NCBI RefSeq assembly: GCF_000002075.1 | Contig: NW_004797434.1 | Location: 650,423-714,422 of the forward strand | Direction: 5' to 3' | DNA length: 64,000 nt | Origin: Aplysia californica | Taxonomy: Eukaryota | Shown here: positions 12,317 through 25,412 of the stretch, one piece after another | Position numbering within the stretch: the first letter of the stretch is position 1 | How the letters are laid out: every line of letters starts with the position of its first letter | Translations under genes and position numbers: made by a program | Notes under the pieces: generated by a model | Databases searched by the model: none | What the model saw: the letters and a program-made list of their open reading frames with translations, nothing else | What the model was told of the DNA's origin: nothing

Positions 12317-15300
12317 TGTGTCCTTGAGTGGGTTCTGCAGAAATATATACCAGGCTGTGCTTGAGGGATGAGCAAGACAGAAGTTTGTTGTATATCAGAG
12401 CAGAGATAGAGAGAGAGAGAGGGTGAGTGAAAGGGAGAGAGAGAGAGAGAGAATGAGAGAGAGAGAGAGTGAGTGAGTGAGTGAGTGAGAGAAAGAGAGA
12501 GGGAGGGGATGATTAGGGTGATATTATTGTGAGTGTCATGAGACCAATTCTTACATTTCTCCAATATTTTACTTCTTGTATTGCTCCAAATTTTTTTCTA
12601 TCTTTCCTCTTATTTTCTCAAATATTCAGCTTGTTTTTGCTTGCTTTTGTAAGTGTGGTTGAAAAGTTCAATATTCACTAGTGAAAGAGGAATACCATGA
12701 ATGGGGCATGTGGTTTTGTTTCGACTCCATCACATATGTGCATACAACAGTAAATAGTGCCTAGCTTTTTGGGATATATCAGCAGTTATTCTCTGTACAC
12801 ATGCTATGTTAAGGTAGAGAATCACTTCTTTCAATATATTTATGAAAATGTTATTATCTCTATACTCATGGATTTTATTTTATTCCTTGAAAAATATGTT
12901 TCAAGAATATTTTTTTTTCTACACTCTTCCTCTGTTTCTGTACAATGCACTTAGATTTAGTTGCTTCAAGTACTGTTGATTTATATTATTATAGATGATT
13001 CAGTAGCCAAGATTTTGTTAAATTTAAAAAGAATTTCTTCCCTTAATGTCACATTCTGGTAAAAATTTAAGGGGATTTACTTTTTCTATATTTCTATCCC
13101 CTCAAAGTCTGCATTACTCATTTAAGAATATATTTTGTTTTGTGTTCGTAATTGCAATATATTGACATACTTTATACGTTTCAGTTTGCTTTTTCTGAAA
13201 TACTAACTTTCTGTCCTTTCACTAGACCCTAATTGAACATTTGAGTTACATGGTTCTGTTGGACAGAATAAATGAATGGTCCGAAGAGTAACTTTCAAAA
13301 TTTATCTAATCATTTGCTGAATTTAGTGATACCTTTGCAAGTCGTGCTCATAATTGTCAAAATCAGGTGATCGTTTTCTTGAATAGGGAGCCTCAATGCT
13401 TTGTTTGAACTTGAATGGTTTTTGTGATGTTCAGAATCATTTTGCATAATGTAGATATCCGCATCATCCCTGTATTTTTGTTAATTACCCTGCGTAGCAT
13501 TTTAAAAGATGACTATGCATCATTGTATAAATGAAGATCCTTTTCCAAAAAAAAAAATGAAATGTTTCTTGCATTACATGCATTTTTTTGTAAGCTTATC
13601 ACATGTTTATCAAATTACAAAGTGGGTGCTTAGTTGAAAGAGCTGTTTGTCATTTATTGGCGTCTGCAATTAATGATACTAGTTTGTTTTCATATATATT
13701 GTTTACCTTATTTTTTATATTTAAATGTTACATATTTTATTTTATTTAAAGTTTGAAGTGTAGGGAGAAATGTGTTGTGTCAAGAAAAAAAAATGGAGAG
13801 TAAAAAAGGAATGCTGCTGTTTTTTTTGGAGACAAGTTGAAGCTAATTGGAAATATGGTTTGATAAGCGTACCCGGGTTGACTGGACAAGAATGTTATCT
13901 GAATACATACATTCTTCTTTTGACATAGTCAGGAGAGGTTTCCTGTTTACACCGAAATGTGAGAGGAAAAAGATAAAACGGCAAGTTGTTGTAGATAGGG
14001 GCTGCGACTGTGGAGGAGGATTAAATAATGAATGTGATTAGTAGTGCTATAGACTTCAACAGTAGCCCTTGTTCTAATATACCACAAGTGATGAACTAAA
14101 TGTTAAACTTTCTTGCGATTAAAAATGGTCTAATGGAAAATCTGCTCATCTAATTTAAGAGTTCTTCGTCATTTGGTAGGCCGCTAATGGAAAGTTGAAT
14201 GTCAGTGTATTTTTTTACAATGATGGATGCCTTTGTGATAATGCTATCCCTCCTTACATTTTTGCTCAGAGTGGTCATCCCATGAAAGACAAGAGTTTAT
14301 TCTATCCTGTGGAATGATTTCACCTTCAATGGGTTATTTAATTTTGATTTTTGTTGCAAAATTAATTCTGCTTGTGCTGCTCATCTTTTATATTCTGCTT
14401 GTGGGACTGAATGGGATAATGGAGTAGAAAAGCTTTTTAGGACACAGTATTCAGATTTAAGATTTGGAAATATTCACTAGGTGTCTTGCGATCACTTTCG
14501 CTTTCTGTCTCTTTCTTTGTAACTTTCATTCTGTTTTGCTTGATTGTGTACGACAGGTGGGTAAACAGTTGAATTAACTTGAATGTGTGATAATACAACA
14601 TTGTTGAGATCTCTCTATTTTTGTGAAAAGCTTGGTATTTATATGATTCATAATGCTGCTAATTTACTCGTTGTGACATTTATCGGAATGTACTGTTCAT
14701 AATGGTAATGCAAAACTGCAGTGTAAGGAAGGGTCTTGAAATCATGGGTACAACCGCCTTATGCCTCCTCCTGTAAATGTAATTTGATTTCCAAATTGGG
14801 AGGGCCTCCTGTATTATATTAGCATTTCATATATATATATATAGATATAATGTATGGATTTCAAACTTTTCGGATTTAAATGTAGGTGCATGGTGTCTCA
14901 GTCATTAGTTTCACATCTTGTCCTGCTTTTTGAAAGTCTGTAAGAGGTTCTGCAAGCTCTTATGAAAAGATAACTGATTTTTCTTTTTATGGGTACTTAT
15001 TTTTATTTGTTAAACAGTTGTGTTTAGAATCATCTGCTCTTCATTTGGTTTAATTTAATCCATGGTTCTTGGGTTATTACACACTTTATACAAGTTTTAC
15101 TGTTTTAGTTTAAGGTCATTTATCTGTAAGTTACAAACTGCAGGTTCATTTTCAGAGGTGATAGGCCCTTTTTTGTTGGGTACTGGTTAATCATTTTGGC
15201 TTATGATTGCATCGCTTTTTGTAGGTTATGGTCTACTGCTTTAGCTGAGATATAATGAGTTATTCCACTTTGCCATTTCGAAGTTTTGTTCCTTCTTCTG

Positions 15301-15853
15301 TTGGTGGGAAAGTTTTAGGTATTTGACCAGACCCGTTCTTGTCGGTTGAAGTTCAAGTGTTTGTAGGCTCGAATTAATCCTTCTGGCTTTCATGTTACTG
15401 AATATGTGACTTGGCTTTGAGTTATTTATATGTTATACTATTAGTCCCATCTGTTTTACTCTTGCAAAAACCCGTCACCCAGTTAACGGCTCCTCCAAGG
15501 GACCCCCTCCCCCTACCCCCTTCTCTTCCATTATTATTTTCTTTTGAGACTATCTTGAACAATACCAGGTCTTAAAACCACTGGGAAATGGACTGAAGAA
15601 AGTATGGTGAAACGAATGGGAGAAAGGAGATTGTTCCCATGATTGTGTGGTATTGAAATTGAAAAAAGTCAAAAGAGGCAGCATGCTCGCTAATTTGTTT
15701 TGAAAGGAGAAGGTGGGTGCACTCACATTTCTGCACAATTTTTTCCTCCCTGATTTAATATGACATTAGTCTTCAACAAGACGAAATGTGTTGTGTTGAG
15801 TCATAGTGTCATAGTAAGGTTTATTGTCTTAGAGTCTTGTCAGAGTGGTTAGA

Positions 15854-16034
15854 GTGGGTGGTTAGCGGGTGCTCTGGTGTGGTTTGCTTCTTCTTTACTA
15901 TGAAACTTCTATCGTCCTTATCTCCCCTTCTTCTTTTTTATGTATGGTACTCTCTTGTGACACCTCTTAATCTTCTGGCGCTCATATGACCTTATACAGT
16001 TGTGAGCGCCGAAAAACCTCTACTAAAACTAAAA
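15854..16034 (+). mobile_element. SINE-like family A (about 180 bp, starts GTGGGTGGTTGGCGGGTGCTCTGG, (ACTAAA)n tail)
   Basis: TSD AGTGGTTAGA on both sides; other copies at about 126-290(+), 22064-22245(+), 25413-25780(+, interrupted), 25503-25686(-), 35736-35917(-), 37964-38141(-), 52074-52240(+), 55650-55830(+). Confidence 0.85.
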
Positions 16035-16185
16035 AGTGGTTAGAGGATGCAGTAGATGCTCTGGATTCTGTTGACGCAAATGTCCTGTGAGTAGTGTTGC
16101 GACTCTTTACACTGCCTCATCAAAGGTGCCTTCGGGTGGCTCATCCGTACTTCCCTTGCTGATTGGTGGACCGAGGGCTTTACTC

Positions 16186-16618
16186 ATATGTGTGACTCGA
16201 CATGGTTGAATCAGGCGCTCGTCAGTTTTTGGGCATATTGCGTTTTTTAGTATCATTTATAAACCTGTTCATTTGTCTTCCTTTTGGTGAAAAAAATAAC
16301 CGTCTGTCTTGAATAGAAGTCGAAGTATTTACGATTGAAGGAGGTCAGGGTCATCTGGTTTCAGAGGTAAAATTAATGAGAAAGTGGCTACCAAAGTTTG
16401 GTGACTTCCAAAGCTTGAGAGTCTTTGAAAACTGCAAATTTTCATTTTATGTGCCTTTAATCAACGTTTTTCAGTTAAATACACACATCTTAAATGTGTT
16501 TTTAAATTGATCTCAAAGGCCTTGAGTTAACAAATTACCAAAGGGGCAGAAAAATGCCTGTTTCTTCGATTTCATTATTTTGACGAGCGCCTGATTTCAC
16601 CATGATGCCTCACATATA
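16186..16618. mobile_element. MITE with about 40-bp TIRs
   Basis: CATGGTTGAATCAGGCGCTCGTCA (16201-16224) vs TGACGAGCGCCTGATTTCACCATG (16581-16604). Confidence 0.6.
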
Positions 16619-18189
16619 TATGTTCTGCCTCCTCCTGGTATGGGAAAGTCGTGTGACTTTTCTGGTACGCGTTAAGTATCATTATTCACTAGCTCCAGGC
16701 CTGCATGTACTTTGGATGCTGTTGTGTGGAAGTAAAAACACAGGGAAAGTTCAAAGTGCTCAGACTCCACAGTGATCAGAAGAAGTTGTAGTTCTTATTG
16801 CCACCTCTTGTGATAAATAAGTTAATGTGATGTATAAACTGTTGCAAAAATGTGGATTATTTCTTAGGTAAAGTGGTTAAGGTTTTTCAAGTTACTAAAT
16901 CTTCTAAGAAATAAAAATTACTTACATGGAAAACTTGACAAAATTATTTTGAGATGGAAATCAACTGTTTGGATTGACTTTATATGGGTTTGTTGAGTTT
17001 TATTTTTTTCCCATTGACTCAGTCAAGCTGATATGTGGCGTGTCAATGTCTGAATAGTATTTTTTTGAGAGCGGGGCTGGGGATTGGAATAAGCTTTTGC
17101 AAGGGTAAGATGGTCTTCTGAAAATTCAAGTTCAAGTCACATTATCGTTCATAAAAAATACACCAGTGTGTGTCTGTGATGTCTTATCTTCTGCACAAGT
17201 AAACATGACATGTGAATAACTGTAGTAATAAACACTTGCTGGGCCTTGAATTATGGAAGTCATTAAAGGAATAAATACACATGTATCTTTTTTTTTGTCA
17301 AGTTGTTTATGGTTTTTCATGAAAGGAGAGAGAAAAGTGCTTTGGAATTGAAACATTGTTTCTACTTTCCTATTGTAATTTATATAACATAATCGTATGT
17401 GGGTGTAAGTTTTCAAGGTGAGGAACTGATGAGATGTATGATATAATGTAAGCAGATTGTAGTTTCATATATACTCCACTACACGTGCATTCTGTGTTAT
17501 ATAAAATCCTTTTTGTGTCTTTCTCATTCTGAGTCGTTTATGGTGACTGTTGAATAGCCTGTGAAGGCACTCTTGAGACATGTGTGCCTGAAGATGTTGT
17601 TTCAATGTGTTTTCAATGGAGTTTTAAAAACGAATTTCTCTGTTGTAGCTTGACGGCTTTTCATAGTCCCATTCTTTTGCATGACACTTTTTTTTTGTGA
17701 GCATGGAACAGGTTTAGCTGAGCATTATGTTTTTTTCCCTGTAATTTCAGTTCTTCCATTTATTTCACAATTTGATTTCCAATCTTTATCTGTGTGTTAA
17801 GATGTTTGAAATAATGTGCATACTGGGTTCCATTGTGCTTTGGCTTCATGAACAGTTGTGAACTGTGTTCCAAGTCAAAACTGATTCCTTTTTGTAGGTG
17901 CTGCAGGGTGCTGACTGCTGTGCATGGCTTCGTACTTTGTAGGTTTTCTTTCCTTTTTAAAAAAAATCGGTTTTGATTTCTTACTTTTGCTCAAGAACTT
18001 TATCAGTGACAATCAATTGAGATTGTTTCTTTTGAACTTGAACAAATCTGCTAACCTGACATTTTGAGATATAGTTTTCTACTCGTGCAAGTTAGCCCTG
18101 CTGGGCACTCAGGCAGGCTTGGAGCAGCGTGCTACTTCAAATGATCTAAATTTTGTTAGTGGCATATGACATTAAATTTACAGTCATTC

Positions 18190-18560
18190 ATCACCAGCCT
18201 TTGCCCCTCAATGCCACAGGCCACCAATAAGAGCTCTCCATCTACTACTGTCCTGGGCTAGTCTCCACCTCAGTATCCCATCTTTAGGTCTTAATGTAAG
18301 TCCTCCCTCCTTAGTACTTTTAGGCCTTCCTTTTTTTCTCTTTCCTTTTATATTTCACCTTAATTAAGGCTTGGTGGGTAATACTTGTTTTTCGATTTCT
18401 CAAGGTGTGTCCAATCCATTAAAATTTTCTTTCTGATTTTTATAATATGTTTTCTGTTAATTTGTTTGCTACCATAAATTGTCCATTTCATATTATGATG
18501 TTTGGCCAGTTAATTTTTATTATTTTTCTTAGCAACTGTTGATAATAAATGCTTGTAGTG
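18190..18560 (-). mobile_element. Decayed RTE-like LINE 3' fragment
   Basis: Reverse strand reads WIGHTLR...ITHQAL...GKRKKGRPK...LAQDSSRWRALIGGL with disablements. Confidence 0.65.
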
Positions 18561-19028
18561 GTTTTTAGAAGCTTTTACTTTAATTAAAGTCTATCAAATC
18601 AGTAGCGTCCCCCCCCCCCCCCCCCCCCCAGCTGGAAACGGCTTTGAGGGAGGAAGGAACTAGAGTAATGAAGGAACCAGACTGAGTGATAGTGGATAGT
18701 GATGTCCCTTGTCTATGGACACAAGAACTGACATGAAGAGGAGCCATCATGAATGGGATGGACCTTTCAAATTCCTCCTGTGTTAGTCACTATTACTCAT
18801 TTCAGGGCATTGTGTTTGAGTTTGAATATGTTTTTCTACTTTGATGAGCTCTACATTTTGTGTGATGGACAAAGAGTATTTGTTTGGGATCCGATCCAAA
18901 GTGAATGCGGAAAACCTTTGAGATGGAAATGAAAAAGGAACTGAAAGATAAATGAAGGTTCTTGATTTGTCCTGTATCTTCTCTTACTTTCCTAACCGTG
19001 TATGGTTTTATTTCAAGATTTTCAAACA

Positions 19029-19197
19029 CAGTGGAACCTGTTCTAGCGACCACCTGTCCAAGACAACCACCTGTACAAATGACCACTTTCCCTTTCCTCT
19101 TGCATTTTTTTGAATGACCCTGTCCAAGAGGACCACCTGTCTAAGATGACCACTTTTCTCCTTGACAATAGGTGGTCGTCTTTGACAGGTTCAACTG
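19029..19197. mobile_element. pogo-like MITE (CAGT.GAACCTG TIR, GACCACCTGTC subrepeats)
   Basis: TIRs and a 3' TA; related copies at 52680-52843 and a split copy at about 57857-58411. Confidence 0.75.
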
Positions 19198-21772
19198 TAT
19201 ATTTATGTTTCAAAGGTGTTTTCTTCCTTTAGAATTCACTCTTCAAAAGATTGTCGGCCTTGATATAAGCCATATGATTTTTGTGGACTGAAAGTTAAGT
19301 CTTCAAAAAGATTTCTTCCTTTTCACTAATGTTTATCATAATGCATTCCATTTTTCAACATGTGTACAAAACGCGTTTGCCATATTTAATTAGTCTGCTA
19401 AGGGTATTCGTGCGCATGTATTATTGGGTATTAGCAGTTACGGCTCAGAAATTTCTTTCTGAAGTGACTGATTTTGAGGGTTGTTTTTGTCCCCTTGGGA
19501 GGATATTAAGGAAATGATGCAAGGCAGTAGTTCCGGTATAAAGAAACTAATCTTGGAGTAAGTTATAGCTTTAGTCTTGAAAAATGTAATCACTTTGCCA
19601 AAATATATTAAATGCTGAAGGACTACAGGCAAATTTTGTTTTTGAACTCTGCATAAAAAAACCCCCACCTAAATAACCTGGTCTAGTTGTAACAACATTA
19701 CAGTGTTTGCCGCTGTCTTGTTTTTATGATGGCATATGTATGTGTATTCGGTTGAGTGAGCCATTAAAAGCAGAGATGTTGGTTAGCCTATATTGCTTCT
19801 ATCTCAATATCTTTTGTTTCTTCAAAATCTAATGCGGGCTTATCTTTTTTTCAAGTTTGTTGAATAAATTGGCTTTATGAGAGGAAAATACATGGAGATA
19901 CATGTGTCATATATATATATACATATAATCGTTAACAAAATATTGTTTGAGTATGACTTGTTGAGGTTTTCATGAAGGAGACGCACACAGTGTGAGTGAC
20001 TGTATGAGAAGACTTGACCTTTCCAAACAATCAGCTTTCCTTTAGAAATTAGAAAATCTAAAACTGTAAAGGGTAAAATTTCACCTGACTTACTGCTGGT
20101 CATTTTATTGGGCTTGACCATGGTTCATTTCATTTTCGTAATAGGATTACGTTTTCATTTTATCAGTGGATCACTGCTTTGAATTCTTTTTTTGCCAGGA
20201 TTATTCTGTGAATAGGCCTACAGATTGTTAGAAGAAAGCATCAAGCTTTGGTATGCTTTCAGTCAGTATGCTTTATGAATTCACTGTGATTGCTCTCTGG
20301 ATATTTGTCATGATCAAATGGCGGGACATGTTTCCTCACCCTATGTTCTCATAGATGTATTTTAAGCCTTGCATTCTGAACTGAGGTAAGATCACTCCAC
20401 TCTGTCAGGCTAGGGTAAAGTAGCAGAATCACGAGTTATAATATATTTTGCAACAGGCTACATTGTATAGGTAACAGCATGTAAAGCCCAGTACTTTGTA
20501 ACGAGGTGCAGTGTCAGTGAAATGGAGCAGTGATTTTGCCGGTACACTTCAACTTGTAGGAAAATATGGTACATTAAGAAAAATTTAGACATGTAGGTTA
20601 GCTTAGTAATATGCATTCTTTACTGAATTGAACGGGGGAAAAAAATAAAGAAGAAAGTGTGGTCACTTGTTTCAACAGGCCTGTGAAGGACCCTTTTCCA
20701 ATTCTTGATAGAAGAATTGAGGCATTATGCTGTACTGTATTTTGGAACAAACCTTCTATGCATTAATTATTATTGAACTGTATCGTCACTTTAAAATAAA
20801 ATTACACTTTAGTGTTATAATGATTTACATGTATTTTGGACCAGTGTCTGTGGTGTAATAGATAGGCTCTCTGACTCTTTTCCTTATATGCGAAAGGTGG
20901 GAGTTCAGTGCCAACAGGGTGAAAATGTTTTTTTTTTATAGGGTATCTCCATCTTTCTGCCTGGAATTCGTACCCAGCACAGCCGGGGTTGAGGTAGCAA
21001 GTCTCCTACATGACCTAAATTGTGCAGACAGGGACATGAAAGAAATATTTAGAGTGAAACATTTGATAAGAGAACCTTTTGAACATGGCTCCCACTCTAA
21101 AAAAGGTTCAGTTATACCATAGTAAAAGTAGTACATGTATACAACAAATTGTTCCCAATGTTACCATGACTTATATGAGGGGTGTTAATAAGTCATTACT
21201 CTGACTATGAAAGAAGCAAACTAGAAAGTTGAAATTTGACATCCACAATGCCACTTCACCGCTCTGTGCACTGAACCATTGTCGTACAGCAGGAAAGATT
21301 ATTTTTTTCACAGCCTCCCTCACATTCCAACAACTCCCTTCACTAAAAGAGCTCTCAGATTCAAACAGCTCATCAGAATTATTCAAAACTCTACATACAG
21401 TGTTCCAAGAAGCTAGAAACAGCATTCTGCAGGTTTTGTTTTACAATATTCTTTTATAGTCTAGGTAAAGACTTATTGATAATTAAACACCCCTCGTAGC
21501 TATATCAACAAGAATTCTGATGAAGCACACACAAAACGAAAGCAGAAAACCCAAGGCTGCATTTTACACAGGTGCAATTTTTGTTGTTGTCGGAGCTACT
21601 ATTTGATTACTTTTGCAGTTTATGATTACGTCTTGTATGCCAGGTGTCCTTTGTCGTATGCTGACTCATTGTAAATAGCTGTGTGTATGGGTTTTTTCCT
21701 TTCCTTTTCCTTTGTACGTGTATAACATGTTGGAGTTGGCAAGATCTCTTGCAGAGGGATGTGTTTGACTGA

Positions 21773-21810
21773 AATAAACATGAGATTTTTGGTTTTCATT
21801 TGTTTTGTCC
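21773..21810 (+). terminator. Candidate distal polyadenylation site of TMEM115
   Basis: AATAAA at 21773-21778 followed by a U/GU-rich tract, at the end of a long T-skewed stretch. Confidence 0.35.
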
Positions 21811-22063
21811 ACGTTTGAATCTATACATGTCTGTACTTAATTTCTCGTCCATAACACGTATTAGTATTAGAGTGTAAGCGACATTTTGGGCAAAATCGAG
21901 TTAGAACCACAAACCAGCTCCTTAGCCTACACTCCATCACCTCTAGAATTCTAGTATCAATGCCATTAGCCGTTACAGAGTTATCTGTGATTTTCAAACT
22001 AGCGTATCTACCATTTTGCTGTATCACCAGAAATTTCGAAAGCCCCCCCCCCCCCCCCAGGAT

Positions 22064-22245
22064 GTGGGTGGTTGGCGGGTGCTCTGGTGTGGTTTGCTCC
22101 TTCTTTCCTATCAAACATCTGTCGTCCTGATCTCTCTTCCTTTTTTTGTGTATGTTACTCTCTTGTAACCTCTCTAATCTTTGGCACTTATGTGACCTTA
22201 TTGTGTTGAAAGTGCCGTAAAACTCTTACTAAAGCTAAAAAACTA
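22064..22245 (+). mobile_element. SINE-like family A copy
   Basis: Full length; flanked by AAAG(C)nAGG duplication. Confidence 0.8.
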
Positions 22246-25200
22246 AAGCCCCCCAGGGCAGTGCTACTGACTTAAGTGTCTTTAGGCCTTTCCTAAAGGG
22301 AGGATATTAACATGTTCTTATGCACAGTAGAATTGTATATGGGCTGATATATCAATGCCATGCTCATACCGTGCCGGAACAACATAGGGGGAACTGCTGC
22401 TTTTTCTTTCCTCATCCTTTCTATCGTCATTTTCCTCTACTACTTTTATATGTTTGTCACTTTATAGTGAACTGCTATTTCCGGGGTGCCTCGATAGTGG
22501 AAGCAGACATAAGGCTGAAAATATGCTGCCACGCACAACTGAAGTGTGCTGCAAAAAAAGTCGTGCCTTCCTCTTTATTTCATATTGCTGATTTCACTGA
22601 CACTACCAAACGTGAGGAGTCGTGAGGACCCCAAAAAGACGTGCGTGAGTGCAGCACTTCTTTTTCGCGTGTGGACAGGCTCGCCCTGCTATCGGAGTGC
22701 TGAGCGACGCCGTGGGGATAAAACAAAAGGGGCGGGCGGGCGGCCACTGAGCTGTATACGCCTGCTCAGCGCAATTTTTTTTTACACACTTGGATGGAGT
22801 CGCACTGACCTATGGGATCACCACTTCCGAACTAGCAGCTCGTACGTTTCGCTGCGCACTTCAGTTGTGTGTGGCAGTACATTGAATGTATTGAGGCTTG
22901 AGAGGTGAGCAGAGTAAGCCTGATTCCCCATTTGGACTTCTCTGTTGACAGCCACCCCTTGGTGCTCATATGACCTTATGCAGTTGCGAGTGCCGTAAAA
23001 CCTTACTAAAACTAAACTAAAAAATGTCAAATTGCTCTCCTGAATAATTAGCAAAATGTTGCGTACACTAGTACATGATTCAGACGAAGAATTGAACACA
23101 ATATCAATAGAAATTATGAATCGTGACAGGTGTCTGTAAATGTAGGAGTTGGGTGCTTTGCCGTTGCATGAAGAAGACCTGAATTCGATTCCAATGAGGG
23201 CAGCATATTTATTGAGTTGTCTTGGGTCTTTCTGTTGGGACATTGTATGTATCGCTCTCAGTCCTGGTTGACCCCGACAGGCCGGGTAAAAGCCCGCCTC
23301 ATAAATGATCTTAATTGTGTCAGTCGGGGAGTAAAAACACCTACATTAACTCCTTATTTTTGGTAAGTTGTTCCCAGAGGCTTGCTGTCGGAACCGCCAT
23401 GCCATTGATTCACTGTCAGCTGCTCAGTCAAATTTCTTTTTTTTACCGGGAGTTCTTTCATTAGATGAAGGAACTATAAAAACAGGTTCATTTAAACAAA
23501 ATTTAATTACTCTTTTAGTGACGTATTGTACCAACAGTGGGAAAATCTACCCTCTGGAGACAAAGAGCTATAAAAAAAAACAGGAAACATGAAATCACTT
23601 TATAAACCCAGAGAAAACTCCTCCCATCATTCTAAAGCTACTAATTCAAGAAAAAGATATCCAGTTAAGTTGTATTCGTACAACACATGGGTTTATAATG
23701 ACTCTTTCATTTCTTTATTATTATTTAACTAATCAAGTCCAAAAGTGCTAAGTTCAAACCACGGTTATCCGAACCATACTCATAGTCCAGTAGATATCAA
23801 GTGAACAAGGCCGTAATATACATCTGTAAAGTTATCAAATAGTAATTTGGCAACTGTCAAAAGTATGGAAACATGTGTCCCCCTCGTTCAGACGACTGGT
23901 TACACAGCAGTGTAACTTCTCGCCCAACATAAAATGATGATGTCAAACGCATGTTTCACAGTCTCCTTCTGGTGATCATGTTTATCTCGGTGTAATTTGT
24001 AATGTGACCCCAGGGAAAGCAATAAAGAAAAAAGAAATTTCAAGTAACACACTTTTCAAGGGCAACAAAGTGGAACATTTTAATTCCTCAACAAGTATTC
24101 ATGAAAGCAAAATAAAAACTGCATTTACATAGAACACAAGTGGTCTTCAAAATTGCATTTGACAAGTTGTGATTGCTCTTCTGTATTAGACTTGGGTCTG
24201 TGAGGAGCAGTTTAGGAAAATTCTGTCATATTAACTAATAAATTGAGTACAATTTACATAGCCCCTTTGGGTCAGGACAAAAGAATGTGGAGGACCCATG
24301 CACTCATTGGGCTATGTAAATTGTACTCGATCCACCTCATCTTGGGAACATGCCTGTGAAAAGCAAAAGTAAGAATTCTGGAGTCATCCTCTGGCAATGT
24401 CAGCAGGAACCAGGGACAGCACCAAGGTATGAGAAGCAAATACAGTCGGTCAAACCCAGAAAAAGAAACGCCTATAAAAACATACGATTTCCTCCTGTAA
24501 ACCGCTATTCACCAACTGCCTGAGCATTACGGTCCTAACTAAAGTACATTTGCTTCGTATTTGTGTTCCATCATTTGCAATCTATTGTAATTCAAATATT
24601 TGTCAAACATTCTTTTGGTTTGTTTCAAAATGTCATCCGTGATAAATCTCTCTATATGAGATATGAAATCCAGATGAATTCACAGTAATGAAAAAAAAAG
24701 TGTCCAACATTGCTTTGTTCTGACAACATAAACGAAATAACAAGCCACAGACGCTGGTTAGAAAATATTTTGTAAACATAACACAAAGTCGAGTCTGTTT
24801 CAATCAAAAAATAAAAAGTAATCGCTATTATTATTTAACAATCACATAGTACTGATACAAACAAGGCACGAATAAATCAACCAAAATCAGAAAAATGTAG
24901 AAAACTCAAATTTAATTAAGGTCAGATCAGACAAGAAACAATACAAAGCCACACAGTGCACTGGATGAACCTAACACACTTTATTTTCTATCTGCAAAAT
25001 CACATTGTCCAGGCCAGTAAGAAACAAAGATGTCTGCAAGAAGGGTAAGACCTGCTCAAAAGAGATCAATTTCAGAACATGGGAATAAATAGCAGAACAT
25101 TGCATCCAACGGATGTCAAGACCACTCATAAGATGAAAAAGAAGGATTTAGCAGTCAAGGTATACATATACAGTAAAACCACATTATACTGCTACCCTAG

Positions 25201-25412
25201 GGACAAGCTGAAGTTGGCGAAATAGCGGAATTGGCTTATCAATGAGATTCCTCTGTTAAATAACCCAGAGTGCGGTACAACGAGGTTAGACGGAATATGC
25301 ATATGCAACACCTGGCGAGACACAGCAGCAGTAACAGGCATTTTCTGGCATGCATTTATTTCAATAGAGATACAATACTCATGTGGCATCATCGCAGAAC
25401 AAACCAGGGTCC

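Noticed and set aside
22633-22785. U11 snRNA-like start (AAAAAG..CGTGAGTG..GCAC) with an Sm-like AATTTTT
   Set aside because: Lacks the AAAAAGGG 5' splice-site-pairing sequence, and the spacing to the Sm-like site is too long
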